A DNA stretch of 64,000 nt from a virus (taxonomy: Duplodnaviria; Caudoviricetes): the IMG/VR virus record IMGVR_UViG_3300031867_000038, positions 1 to 64,000 of that record. One strand, written 5' to 3'. The notes below the pieces were generated by a model that was not told the DNA's origin, did not search any database, and worked only from the letters and a program-made list of their open reading frames with translations. Positions 41,257 to 50,539 of this stretch are shown here, one piece after another. The position numbers and the translations under genes are program-made. How positions within the stretch are numbered: the first letter of the stretch is position 1; the number at the start of each line of letters is the position of its first letter.

Positions 41257-41267
41257 CTTACAAATAT

Positions 41268-41296
41268 ATTATATCACAATATTTTTTAAAGTGCAA
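41268..41296 (-). promoter_or_regulatory. sigmaA-type promoter
   Basis: TTGCAC-N17-TATAAT with TG extension. Confidence 0.7.
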
Positions 41297-43244
41297 GTAG
41301 GTCGTCGACCAAAGCAAGAAAATCTGTTTCTGAAAGAATTGGAATATTCAATTTTTTAGCAGTTAGATTTTTTGCAGTAGTAGATTCAGTGTCATTATTA
41401 ATAAGATAGTCAGTTTTGCTTGTAACTGAACCAGTTACTTTTCCGCCATGATTCTCAATCCATTGTTTAAGACTATCCCTATTATTCCACTTATATATTT
41501 TACCAGTAATACAAAATTGCTTACCTGTAAAAATCTGTGTTTTATTTTCATTAGGGTCTTCTTGAAAAACCATTCTTGCAGCTACATCATCCATAACCTC
41601 AAAATCATAATTATGGATATTATTATTCATAATATAACCAAAATCAGGAAGATGACTAAAATCTTTACCTTCAAGAACAGCTGATTTAAATGCCTGCCAT
41701 GTTTTATAATGATTAGCAATAGTCTTAGATGCTGTTACACCAATCTCTGGAATACCTGCCGCCGCAATCACTCGCCATAGTTCTGTATATCTACTTTTCT
41801 CTATTGCCGCTAAAATTTTATCTACTGAAGCCGCGCCAAATCCAGGCTTCTTAATCCATTCATCACGATGAAGATACAGATCATAAATACTATTAAAGTT
41901 TTGTACCCAATTCCAATCAACTAATTTTTCTAAAGTGGCTTTAGAGAGACCTTTTATATCCATTCCTTTTTTACCACAAAAATGGTCGAATTTATTAATT
42001 AATTTACCATCACAATCAGGATTAGAACAATAAAGAAAATCATCTTTTACTACTGTTGGCTCTCCACAAATAGGACAAACTGTTGGCAATTCAAAATGAA
42101 TATCTTCAGAAGAATTTCTTTGTTCCGCCTGCATAATTTGTGGAATAATCATATTCATTTTTGCAACCCAAATTTTTTCTCCTTTATATGGGAAAGAACC
42201 AAGCACTTGTTTCATAATATTTAAATTATGGAGTGACGCCCTATTAACTATTGAATCACCAAAATCAATATCATCAAATTTTGCTACTGGTGTTAACTGA
42301 CCAGTACGCCCCATAGACCATTCAATTTCTTTAAGTGTAGATTCATATGTTTCATCATAAAACTTAAATGCTATACCACCACGGAAATGATGATCTGTTC
42401 TACCAAGAGATTGATAGTATTCACAATTATCATACTTAAAAACTAATCCATCAATTGGATATTTAAGCTCTTTAGCCATGTCTTTTATAAGATAAATAAC
42501 ATGCTGGATATGCTTTATATCTATTATATCTTCTATTAATGAGACATTAGGGACAGAAATAAATCCTAATTCATTAAGACTAATTAATTTACTACTTAAT
42601 TTATTATATGAACTTCCTTTGATAATATCCCAAGCAACAAAAGTTAAATGTCTATTGGCACTTTCTTTTGCATCGAGTAGGCGAATAGACCCTGAAGCAA
42701 AATTTCTTGGATTTGCATATTCAGTTGAGAAAGGTTCAAAATCATCGTAAGTACAAATGACTTCCCCATCTACTATAAATTCTTCTGCTAAACAAGGAAT
42801 AATAAGGGGGACTCCTTGCACAAAATTAATATTATGAGTAATATCTTCTCCAATAATACCATTCCCACGAGTCTCTGCGCTAACTAATTTACCATCTTTA
42901 TATAAAAGAGAACATGTTAAACCATCCATTTTAGCCATAGCGATAGCGTCATGTCCCTGAAGAAAATTTACTATTTCTTCTTCATTTTTGGTTTTTTGAA
43001 GTGAAAGCATTGGATGATTATGCTCTACTTTTTCAAGAGAATTTTTTACAGCATAATTAATTTTAATAGTCGGAGAATTAGATAAAATAACTCCAGATTT
43101 TTTTTCAAGTTCTAGAAGTTGAAAATACATATAATCCCATTCTTTATCTGAAATTGCGGGATTCCCTTCATCATATAATTTTGTATAATAATTAAGTTTT
43201 TCAACTAAATTTCGCATTATATCAATATTAAAGTTATGAAACAT
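41286..43244 (-). CDS. ligA: NAD-dependent DNA ligase
   Basis: YY..GNPAISD.EWD, HPMLSL, KMDG, RGNG..GED, NPRN.ASG, DGLVFK, Zn finger CPIC..C..PDC, HhH, BRCT; AAGGTG RBS before ATG 43244. Confidence 0.95.
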   Translation of the reverse strand: MFHNFNIDIMRNLVEKLNYYTKLYDEGNPAISDKEWDYMYFQLLELEKKSGVILSNSPTIKINYAVKNSLEKVEHNHPMLSLQKTKNEEEIVNFLQGHDAIAMAKMDGLTCSLLYKDGKLVSAETRGNGIIGEDITHNINFVQGVPLIIPCLAEEFIVDGEVICTYDDFEPFSTEYANPRNFASGSIRLLDAKESANRHLTFVAWDIIKGSSYNKLSSKLISLNELGFISVPNVSLIEDIIDIKHIQHVIYLIKDMAKELKYPIDGLVFKYDNCEYYQSLGRTDHHFRGGIAFKFYDETYESTLKEIEWSMGRTGQLTPVAKFDDIDFGDSIVNRASLHNLNIMKQVLGSFPYKGEKIWVAKMNMIIPQIMQAEQRNSSEDIHFELPTVCPICGEPTVVKDDFLYCSNPDCDGKLINKFDHFCGKKGMDIKGLSKATLEKLVDWNWVQNFNSIYDLYLHRDEWIKKPGFGAASVDKILAAIEKSRYTELWRVIAAAGIPEIGVTASKTIANHYKTWQAFKSAVLEGKDFSHLPDFGYIMNNNIHNYDFEVMDDVAARMVFQEDPNENKTQIFTGKQFCITGKIYKWNNRDSLKQWIENHGGKVTGSVTSKTDYLINNDTESTTAKNLTAKKLNIPILSETDFLALVDDLLAL

Positions 43245-43291
43245 ATTTATCACCTTTTTAGTAAAGTAAGAGAATAAAATATTCTCTTACT

Positions 43292-45634
43292 TTAAAGTTT
43301 AGTAGCTTCAGTAATTTTACTATTTTTAATCATAATATTGCCTAAAGTGATACGTCCACCAATAGGAATATCAGACGCTGAAATACAAATTGAACTAGGA
43401 ATTCCTGTTAACAAAATAGTATCTGTGGGATTTACTAGGATAGCTGATGCTAATTCTCCAGTTGCAGCGCATGGTTTATATGTATAGATGCCGTGGCCGC
43501 CCCTTGCTTGGACGGGGAACTCCTTGATATCAGTCATTTTACCTAGACCCTTTTCTGAAAAAACTGCTAGATATTGTTTCTTGCCTATAGGAAGCCCCGC
43601 AATTACATAGTCATTATCTACTAGTTTAATAGCTCTAACTCCTGAAGCAACTCTTCCTACAGGAGTAATTTCTGTAGACATAAAATGAATTGCTAAACCT
43701 TGTTTAGTAACTACAACTAAATCTTCATCTTTTACAAAAGTAACACTAACAATTTCATCATTAGCATCTTTGAATTTAATTGCTTGAATACCAGTGGTTT
43801 TCTTAGTATCCATATATTCTTTAATTTTAGTCTTTTTAACTAAGCCATTCTTCGTAAAGAAAATAACATATTCTGCATTAGTATCTCTATATAATGAAGA
43901 TACAGCACAAACTTTTTCATCAGGCTCAAACTTACAAAGAGAAGAAATAGGAACTCCGCCAGAAGTATTATTACCTTCAGGAATTTTTTCTACTAACATT
44001 CTATATAATTTACCTTTATTAGTAAATATCATAAGAGTATCAATAGTATTTGTACTAATTAAAGAAAGAATAGCATTATCCGTAGTTTTTACACCTTTCC
44101 CAGCTCTATTTTGTGACTTAAAGCTGGCCCGCGCTATTCTCTTAACATTCCCTGCTTTTGTCATAACCACCACAACATCTTCAGGAACTACTTCAGCAAT
44201 TTCTTTTTCTTTTGTTGAAATATTAATTTGAGCTAATTCTGTTCTTCTATTGTCTCCATACTTTTTAACAATAGAACTAAGACGGTCTTTAAGAATTTCT
44301 TCTTGCTTTTCACGAGAAGCCAAAATCCATTGAAGATTTTTAATGGTATTTAAAAGATCAGTAGCCTCTTTTTCAAGTTCAACTTTTTCTAACTTGGCAA
44401 GAGAAGAAAGTCGCATAGCTAGAATAGCTTTTGCTTGATTATCTGTAAATTGATATTTTTCAATCAATTTAATCTTTGCGGCCGCCGCACTTTCAGATCC
44501 TTTAATTAGAGCGATGATATTATCAATATCTTCTAATGCTCTAAGTAAACCATTTACAATCTCTAATCTATCTACAGCTTTATCTAAATCAAATTGAGTT
44601 TCTTTTAAAATACATTCAATATTATGAGCTACATAAATTTGAATACATTGTTTTAGATTAAGTTCAGTTGGAACCTTATCTACAAGAGCTACTTGATTAT
44701 AACTAAAAGAGGTCTGAAGATCAGTCTTTGCAAAGAGTTGATTTACTATTACTTCAGGATTAATTCCTGAATCACATCTAATAACAATATTCAGCTTACC
44801 TTTGCTGCTACTATTGATGACTTCATCAATGCCTTCTATTTCTTTTGCATCACAAGCATCGCCAATTTGTTTAATCAATACTTCTGTAGAAGTCCCATAG
44901 GGAATTTCATAAAAGATAATATCTTGCTTTTTAATTTCATATTTACCACGAATTTTAACAGACCCGTGCCCGCTCTTCATAATAATAGGAATATCATCTT
45001 TATTAATAACAATTCCACCTGTGGGGAAATCTGGACCAGGAAGAGTTGGTTCTTTCCCATCAAGGTAATCAAAAATAGCTTGAGCAACTTCTTTAAGGTT
45101 ATGCGGCGCCCAGTTACATGACATTGCTACTCCAATGCCGCTATTAGGGTTACATAAAAGATTGGGGAAAGCCGCAGGAAGAGTTGTAGGTTCTTCTAGA
45201 GTTTCATCATAGTTTGGGATAAATGGTACATTATTTTTCTTTAGTCCAATTAACATACCATCTTCAGCTAACTTTGACAGGCGGGCTTCAGTGTAACGAT
45301 ATGCGGCAGGTCCATCTCCGCCAATATTACCTAGATTACCATGAAAATCCATCAATGGATATCGCATAACCCAAGGCTGAGCTAATCTTACAAGAGCTCC
45401 ATAGATACTGGAATCTCCATGAGGATGGAATTGACCCATTACATCACCAACAATCTTTGCGCATTTGACATGAGCTTTATTGTTAGTATATCCGCTATGA
45501 AGTGCGCCATATAAGATTCTTCGTGCAACAGGCTTAAGACCACTCTTTGCATCAGGGATAGATCTATCTGTATTAACGGCTACTGCATATTCAATAAAGT
45601 TCTGAGATAATTCATTTATCAGATCATTAGTCAT
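43292..45634 (-). CDS. gyrA: DNA gyrase subunit A
   Basis: GLKPVARR, HPHGDSSIY, AYRYTEARL catalytic Tyr, GyrA-box-like QNRAGKG, beta-pinwheel repeats. Confidence 0.93.
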   Translation of the reverse strand: MTNDLINELSQNFIEYAVAVNTDRSIPDAKSGLKPVARRILYGALHSGYTNNKAHVKCAKIVGDVMGQFHPHGDSSIYGALVRLAQPWVMRYPLMDFHGNLGNIGGDGPAAYRYTEARLSKLAEDGMLIGLKKNNVPFIPNYDETLEEPTTLPAAFPNLLCNPNSGIGVAMSCNWAPHNLKEVAQAIFDYLDGKEPTLPGPDFPTGGIVINKDDIPIIMKSGHGSVKIRGKYEIKKQDIIFYEIPYGTSTEVLIKQIGDACDAKEIEGIDEVINSSSKGKLNIVIRCDSGINPEVIVNQLFAKTDLQTSFSYNQVALVDKVPTELNLKQCIQIYVAHNIECILKETQFDLDKAVDRLEIVNGLLRALEDIDNIIALIKGSESAAAAKIKLIEKYQFTDNQAKAILAMRLSSLAKLEKVELEKEATDLLNTIKNLQWILASREKQEEILKDRLSSIVKKYGDNRRTELAQINISTKEKEIAEVVPEDVVVVMTKAGNVKRIARASFKSQNRAGKGVKTTDNAILSLISTNTIDTLMIFTNKGKLYRMLVEKIPEGNNTSGGVPISSLCKFEPDEKVCAVSSLYRDTNAEYVIFFTKNGLVKKTKIKEYMDTKKTTGIQAIKFKDANDEIVSVTFVKDEDLVVVTKQGLAIHFMSTEITPVGRVASGVRAIKLVDNDYVIAGLPIGKKQYLAVFSEKGLGKMTDIKEFPVQARGGHGIYTYKPCAATGELASAILVNPTDTILLTGIPSSICISASDIPIGGRITLGNIMIKNSKITEATKL

Positions 45635-46196
45635 TATAAGTAGCCTCCTCGTCTACAAATTCCCATTTTAAAGGCTCTCCAGTAATAGGATGCCTACCAT
45701 TAGTTTTTAATCGGGTTGAATGATTTGCAACTTGTCTAATATGATTTCTGTCTCCTCCTACACACCATTCAACAGCTCTATTTGCATTAGCAAAGATTTC
45801 TCCTGTATTAACACATCTAATTCTTTTACCTTTATTATAATTATGATGTTTTTCACCAGATTGAGCTTCTGATAATTTTTTTCGAGTTTCTAAACTTAAA
45901 GCTCCTTTAGAGCCAGCATCTCGTATATTATAACCATAATTTTCATCTTTGGTTTTATATAAATTAATATAATATTGTTCTCTAATTACAGCTTGTTCTT
46001 CAGTTAATTTATCTTCTAAAATTGAAGCAGTAAAATTTTCCCACCCATATTTTTCAATAGCATTATAAAAATGTCTAGAATTTTTATATCTTTTTCCATT
46101 AATACCAGCTCTACAACTTAAAGATACACAAGTTTGTCCTATATATTTTTTATGATTAATATTATTTTCATACATATAAACTTTATATTCTTTCAT
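45627..46196 (-). CDS. Free-standing GIY-YIG endonuclease between gyrB and gyrA
   Basis: VYMYEN..KYIGQT..EQYYI..YGYN plus NUMOD3-like ETRKKLSEAQ and NUMOD1-like IRCVNTGEIF; RBS overlaps gyrB stop; 3' end overlaps gyrA start. Confidence 0.85.
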   Translation of the reverse strand: MKEYKVYMYENNINHKKYIGQTCVSLSCRAGINGKRYKNSRHFYNAIEKYGWENFTASILEDKLTEEQAVIREQYYINLYKTKDENYGYNIRDAGSKGALSLETRKKLSEAQSGEKHHNYNKGKRIRCVNTGEIFANANRAVEWCVGGDRNHIRQVANHSTRLKTNGRHPITGEPLKWEFVDEEATYND

Positions 46197-46205
46197 AATA
46201 TTACC

Positions 46206-49200
46206 TCATATTGTATATACTGCATCTTTTGCGTGTGTTTTAATAAAATTCTTACGAGGGATTACTGCTTCTCCCATAAGATCATCAAAAAGTCTATTTG
46301 CTTTTTCAACATCTTCAACTGTGATTTGTTGAATGATTCTTTGTTCTGGATCAACAAGAATCTCAGTTTCTTCTGCTGACAATTCACCAAGACCTTTGAG
46401 TCGATTTACTGTATATTTTTTATTACGATTTTTAGCCCTATATGCTTCAAGAGCTTCATCATTTTTAAGATAAAGATAATTGTCTTTACCTTCAGTAATT
46501 TTATAAAGTGGGGGGATGCCGCCATATACATAGCCATCAAGAATTAATTCAGGACAGAATGTCCATATAAAAGTATAGAATAGATTCTTAATATGACTAC
46601 CATCTACATCCAGTTATTCGTAGCTTTCACTACGCCCTGACTATATCTTACCTGCAAATAGCAGGGACACCATTTCGAGTTGCGTATCAATAGCAACCCT
46701 ACTCCCACGATTCTGGGATAGTCGATACAGGTTCAAACATTAATCCATTTCTTTTCTTTTTTCTTATAAATAGGTAAATCAGAATAATTGCGACCCCAAA
46801 GAATTTGTTGGAATGAAGTAAAATTTACTCTATCTTTATAGTCTTCATATATTTCTTTAGCTGTTTTATTAACATACTCAGTTCTAATTTTAATAATTTC
46901 TTCATTTGTGAACTGAGCAAATTTACCATTTTCGCCTTTACTATTTTGTTTTATATAGTATTCTTTATTTTCTTTAGTAAAGACTTCAGGCATCACATGA
47001 CCCCATGCTCTACCTTGCCAAAGATTTTGGAAATATTGAAAACTTATTTTATCAGCAAATTCTTGGTAAACATCTTTTTGCTTTAAATGATTATTATATG
47101 CAATTCGGATCTTTTTTACATCATCTTCAGTTAATTTTGCATTTGGATTATTATTGCCAACGACATTACGTAATCCACCATCAAATTTATTACCTGAAGC
47201 TTTTGCATTTAATTTTGTAATCCAGTAAGCTTCTCGTTCATCCAATTGATCTAATGAACACTCTTCCAATACTTCATAATTAAAAGCATTTTTACCTTTT
47301 TCTTTAATATATCCATCAAAAGGAATACGAGTTTGTTCATATGTTTTTATTTTATGTTCATTGAAGCGTCTTTCAATATCATTACTTTTACCAATATAAA
47401 ACATTGCTGGATTATTTTTTTCTGTTATTTTATAAATACCTATCATAATGATTTCTCCTTTAATATTTAATTAAAAGAGAAATGGATAATGTTTGTTTCC
47501 CACGGGATTACCATGCTTATTTATTAAGTTTAGGTTTCCCCGTTAGCACTTATCATTTCTCTTTATTGGATATGAGATTGATGTGTGACACATGAATCTC
47601 TTTTGCCCAATAAATTAAAATTTTAAGTACCCCGCGGATCAGCGGAAAAGTGTTACACAGCCAATGTTACTTAGCATCACTCTCGATTATAATCTTTCCA
47701 TATCTTAGATCTTTTGGATCATAGGTCAGCCGCATAGTTTTCATATCAACTTTAAGACCAAAAGCTTCAATCATAGTCATAATTTCAGCGTTCTTTTGAA
47801 TCTTATCTAGACTTGCTTTACGAACGTTTAAAATTTTACCACGCACAGGAAGTACCGCCTGAGTTTCTGCATTTCTAGCCTCTTTAAGATTACCCGAGGC
47901 GCTATCCGTATTATCCTATATTTCTATAGGTACTGACTAACTCTTCGCTCCGACTTGTCAAGTCATCAACGCGTCCTCTATTTCCAACTATGTATCAATA
48001 ATAGTTGTACTTCCGATCTCACTCGGAATAGTCGATACAGCTTATTGTATATCTTTATAAGTTTGGCGAGTAATTATATTATATACTGTAGTCCATGCTT
48101 TATTAGGAGCATATTTTAACCAAACTTGTTTAGGACTTAAGCCTTCATCATAATCTTTTCTCATTTGACGAACTTCATCGTCTGTAAAACTTCTTTTATT
48201 ATTTGCAGCTATTTCAGATGGATTAGCTTTAGCTTGATGAGAGTGCCAATATTTATTTTCTTCATTATGATATTCTGGATAAATATCTTTCCAAGTTTCA
48301 AACCACCAGACTTTTTGAAGTCCTCTTTTAGAAATTTTATCCTTATATTCTTCATATACCTGTTTAAAAGGAATATGAGCATTATAGCACTCTCTAATAT
48401 ATTTTACATCTTCTTCATTCAGTAAAGCTCTACCATTTTTTGATCCCTTTTGAGATCTATTTGGATTACTGTCTCCACCTTCAGTAGCATTGTAACCATT
48501 ATGAAATGAATCATAATATTTAATAAAAAATTTTTCTAATTGGTCTAAAGCTTCTTTTGAGTATTCTTCTGGTGTTAATGTTGCAATAATTTCAAAATCA
48601 AAATTTTCCCATCCATATTTTCTAACAGCTTGATGAAATTGATGGTTATAATCATTGGCTTTTTCATTATAAGCAGAAGATTTATGTCCATATTGTCTAC
48701 GTTCTATATCAATACTTTGACCAATATAGCATTTATTATTAATTTTATTTTGATATTTATAAATTCCGATCATATCGGTCACTCCTTTCATTGGAATATG
48801 AAGGAGCATGAGAAAAGATTATTAAATTTTGTCCAATTATACAATCTTGCCACGGGATTGCCTTCGCCTAACTAAGTTTTGACATACTTAGATAACGGTC
48901 AGGTTTCCCCGTTAGCCACTTTATAAGTGACCCCAGTGATGAACTGGAAAAAAGGATTAGGGCAATAGTTATTTACCCTCAGTGACATAGATCTCACATT
49001 TCTTACGATCTCGTCCCCAACAATCAGCGAGTTTGCTGTCAAATTTAACTGCTTTTTCTTTTTTCTTCTTTTGCTCACGAGCAGCATCTCTAGCCTTTTT
49101 TGCAGCTTCTCTTGCTTTACGTGCGGCCGCCGCCTTATCAAAAATAGTTTTAATTTCTTTTTCATTACTAGCAAGCCAATACTGAAGATTATCAGCAATA

Positions 49201-50252
49201 GCTCCAGTAAAAGGAGTCATATCTAATTTAACAACAGTAGTTTTTACTTGAGCATTATAAGCAACATTAGGAGCTGTTAAATTAAAAATAACATAAATAC
49301 CCTCTTGTATATCTTCTCCAGTAAGATTTTCATCTTTTTCTTTTAACCATTTTTTTTCTCTGAAAAATTTATTAAATTCTTTAGTTAATAGACTTTTAAC
49401 TTGAGTAATATGAGGACCTGATTCTGTTAATCCAGTATTAACATAAGGGATAAAAGTAGATGAATACATAGAAGTATATGTAAGTACCATATCCATCTTA
49501 TTTTTACCTTGCGCGAATTGCATATTAAATCTATTTTTAATAAGTTCTTTATCTTTTACAGCTTTATCAACAAGATCATTTATTCCTTTTGAAGAAACAT
49601 ATACAGTTTTTTCATCGAGATAGGTAAGATTAATCGTAAGTCCAGGACAAAGAGCTGTAATAGTTTCACAAAGATTTTTAATCTTATTGATTTCTACTTC
49701 TGGATGTGTAAAAAATTCTTCACTAGGTAGCCATTCTACTAAAGTACCAGAAGGAATTTTTTTATCTACTTTTGCACTAGTTCGTTTTTCAAAAATTCCT
49801 TCTTTAAAGAAAATATGTTCTTGTTCTCCATCTCGACAAGTACACACTTGAAGCCAATGGCTTAGAAATGTAGTAATTTTAGAACCAATACCAAAAGAAC
49901 CTAATGAAGTGCCTTCATAAGTACCATCTTCACGATATTTACCAGAAGTATTTAATACACTAAAAGCTGCTTCAAGAATAGTTTTCCCGTCATCTCTATA
50001 GCTATTAGGAATAAATCCTTGGCCATAATCTCGGACTCTTATGACATTATTTTTATCAATACTTATATCAATTTGATTTCCATGTCCTAATCTAAATTCA
50101 TCAATAGCATTAGATAGAATCTCAATCAAAAGTTGAGTAGAATAGGTGGTGTCACCCGCGTATACACCTGGTTTTAGACGAGTGAAAGTTAATGGGTCTA
50201 GACTTTCAATACTATTTTTAGTATATAAATTTTTTTTCTTTCTTTCTGCCAT
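46206..50252 (-). CDS. gyrB: DNA gyrase subunit B split by two group I introns (exons 50252-48975, 47906-47673, 46610-46206; 638 aa spliced)
   Basis: ATPase N-terminus (EILSNAIDE, DYGQG, GSFGIG); splicing restores TEG|DSA, PVRGKILN, SDA|DVDGSHI and RLKGLGE in frame. Confidence 0.92.
46611..47672 (-). mobile_element. Group I intron 2 of gyrB (1062 nt)
   Basis: Exon end GCU pairs with GGC; GCUAACGGGGAAACC and AAUCCCGUG core elements; P7 GACUA / AAGAUAUAGUC; terminal G. Confidence 0.9.
46733..47446 (-). CDS. Intron-encoded GIY-YIG homing endonuclease
   Basis: GIYKIT..YIGKS..RRFNEH..EREAYWI; repeated C-terminal modules NAKLTEDDVKKIR / AQFTNEEIIKIR. Confidence 0.88.
   Translation of the reverse strand: MIGIYKITEKNNPAMFYIGKSNDIERRFNEHKIKTYEQTRIPFDGYIKEKGKNAFNYEVLEECSLDQLDEREAYWITKLNAKASGNKFDGGLRNVVGNNNPNAKLTEDDVKKIRIAYNNHLKQKDVYQEFADKISFQYFQNLWQGRAWGHVMPEVFTKENKEYYIKQNSKGENGKFAQFTNEEIIKIRTEYVNKTAKEIYEDYKDRVNFTSFQQILWGRNYSDLPIYKKKEKKWINV
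47907..48974 (-). mobile_element. Group I intron 1 of gyrB (1068 nt)
   Basis: Exon end GGGU pairs with GCCC; GCUAACGGGGAAACC, AAUCCCGUG, P7 GACUA/UAGUC; terminal G. Confidence 0.9.
48042..48773 (-). CDS. Intron-encoded GIY-YIG homing endonuclease
   Basis: GIYKYQN..YIGQS..RRQYGH..LEKFFI..NGYN; modules ALLNEEDVKYIR / SFTDDEVRQMR; RBS AAGGAG before ATG 48773. Confidence 0.88.
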   Translation of the reverse strand: MIGIYKYQNKINNKCYIGQSIDIERRQYGHKSSAYNEKANDYNHQFHQAVRKYGWENFDFEIIATLTPEEYSKEALDQLEKFFIKYYDSFHNGYNATEGGDSNPNRSQKGSKNGRALLNEEDVKYIRECYNAHIPFKQVYEEYKDKISKRGLQKVWWFETWKDIYPEYHNEENKYWHSHQAKANPSEIAANNKRSFTDDEVRQMRKDYDEGLSPKQVWLKYAPNKAWTTVYNIITRQTYKDIQ

Positions 50253-50424
50253 AAATTACCTCATCCACATTTTTCCAATAAATTTCCATTTGTTCTTTTG
50301 TAGGGTAAATCCATCCATCATGAATACCTATAGTAATATATCTTTCATCATTAAGATACTCTTGAGGAATAGGATAAAACCCCCCAAATTCTATTTTCAA
50401 TTTTTCCCTTCCTTTTTCATTCAT
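50218..50424 (-). CDS. Hypothetical protein coupled to gyrB
   Basis: Short ORF overlapping gyrB start; start at ATG 50424 or TTG 50400. Confidence 0.45.
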   Translation of the reverse strand: MNEKGREKLKIEFGGFYPIPQEYLNDERYITIGIHDGWIYPTKEQMEIYWKNVDEVIYGRKKEKKFIY

Positions 50425-50431
50425 TTTATAT

Positions 50432-50460
50432 ATTATAACATAGAATTTTTTGTTTGTCAA
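50432..50460 (-). promoter_or_regulatory. sigmaA-type promoter for gyrase operon
   Basis: TTGACA-N17-TATAAT with TG extension. Confidence 0.8.
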
Positions 50461-50499
50461 GTTTTTGCTTAAAAATTTTAGGAGATTTTTAAGCAAAAA

Positions 50500-50534
50500 A
50501 AATAAAAGTGGGTTATCTATTAAGATAACCCACT
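50500..50534 (-). terminator. Terminator after endolysin
   Basis: AGTGGGTTATCT/AGATAACCCACT stem followed by a U-tract on the - strand. Confidence 0.75.
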
Positions 50535-50539
50535 ATTTG

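Noticed and set aside
17223-45634. Inteins in NrdD, DnaE, DnaB, LigA or GyrA
   Set aside because: Motifs are colinear at roughly normal sizes; no embedded endonuclease or HN-C/S/T junction noticed
26843-50252. Stop-codon reassignment or frameshifting to explain the broken gyrB, recJ and ATPase genes
   Set aside because: All breaks are explained by about 1-kb group I introns; other long genes are intact under code 11
14582-50252. Bacterial chromosome origin suggested by gyrA/gyrB/dnaE/ligA/recJ/gmk
   Set aside because: These genes are divergent, packed with phage-type genes and flanked by tail, holin and endolysin modules; no ribosomal or core metabolic operons
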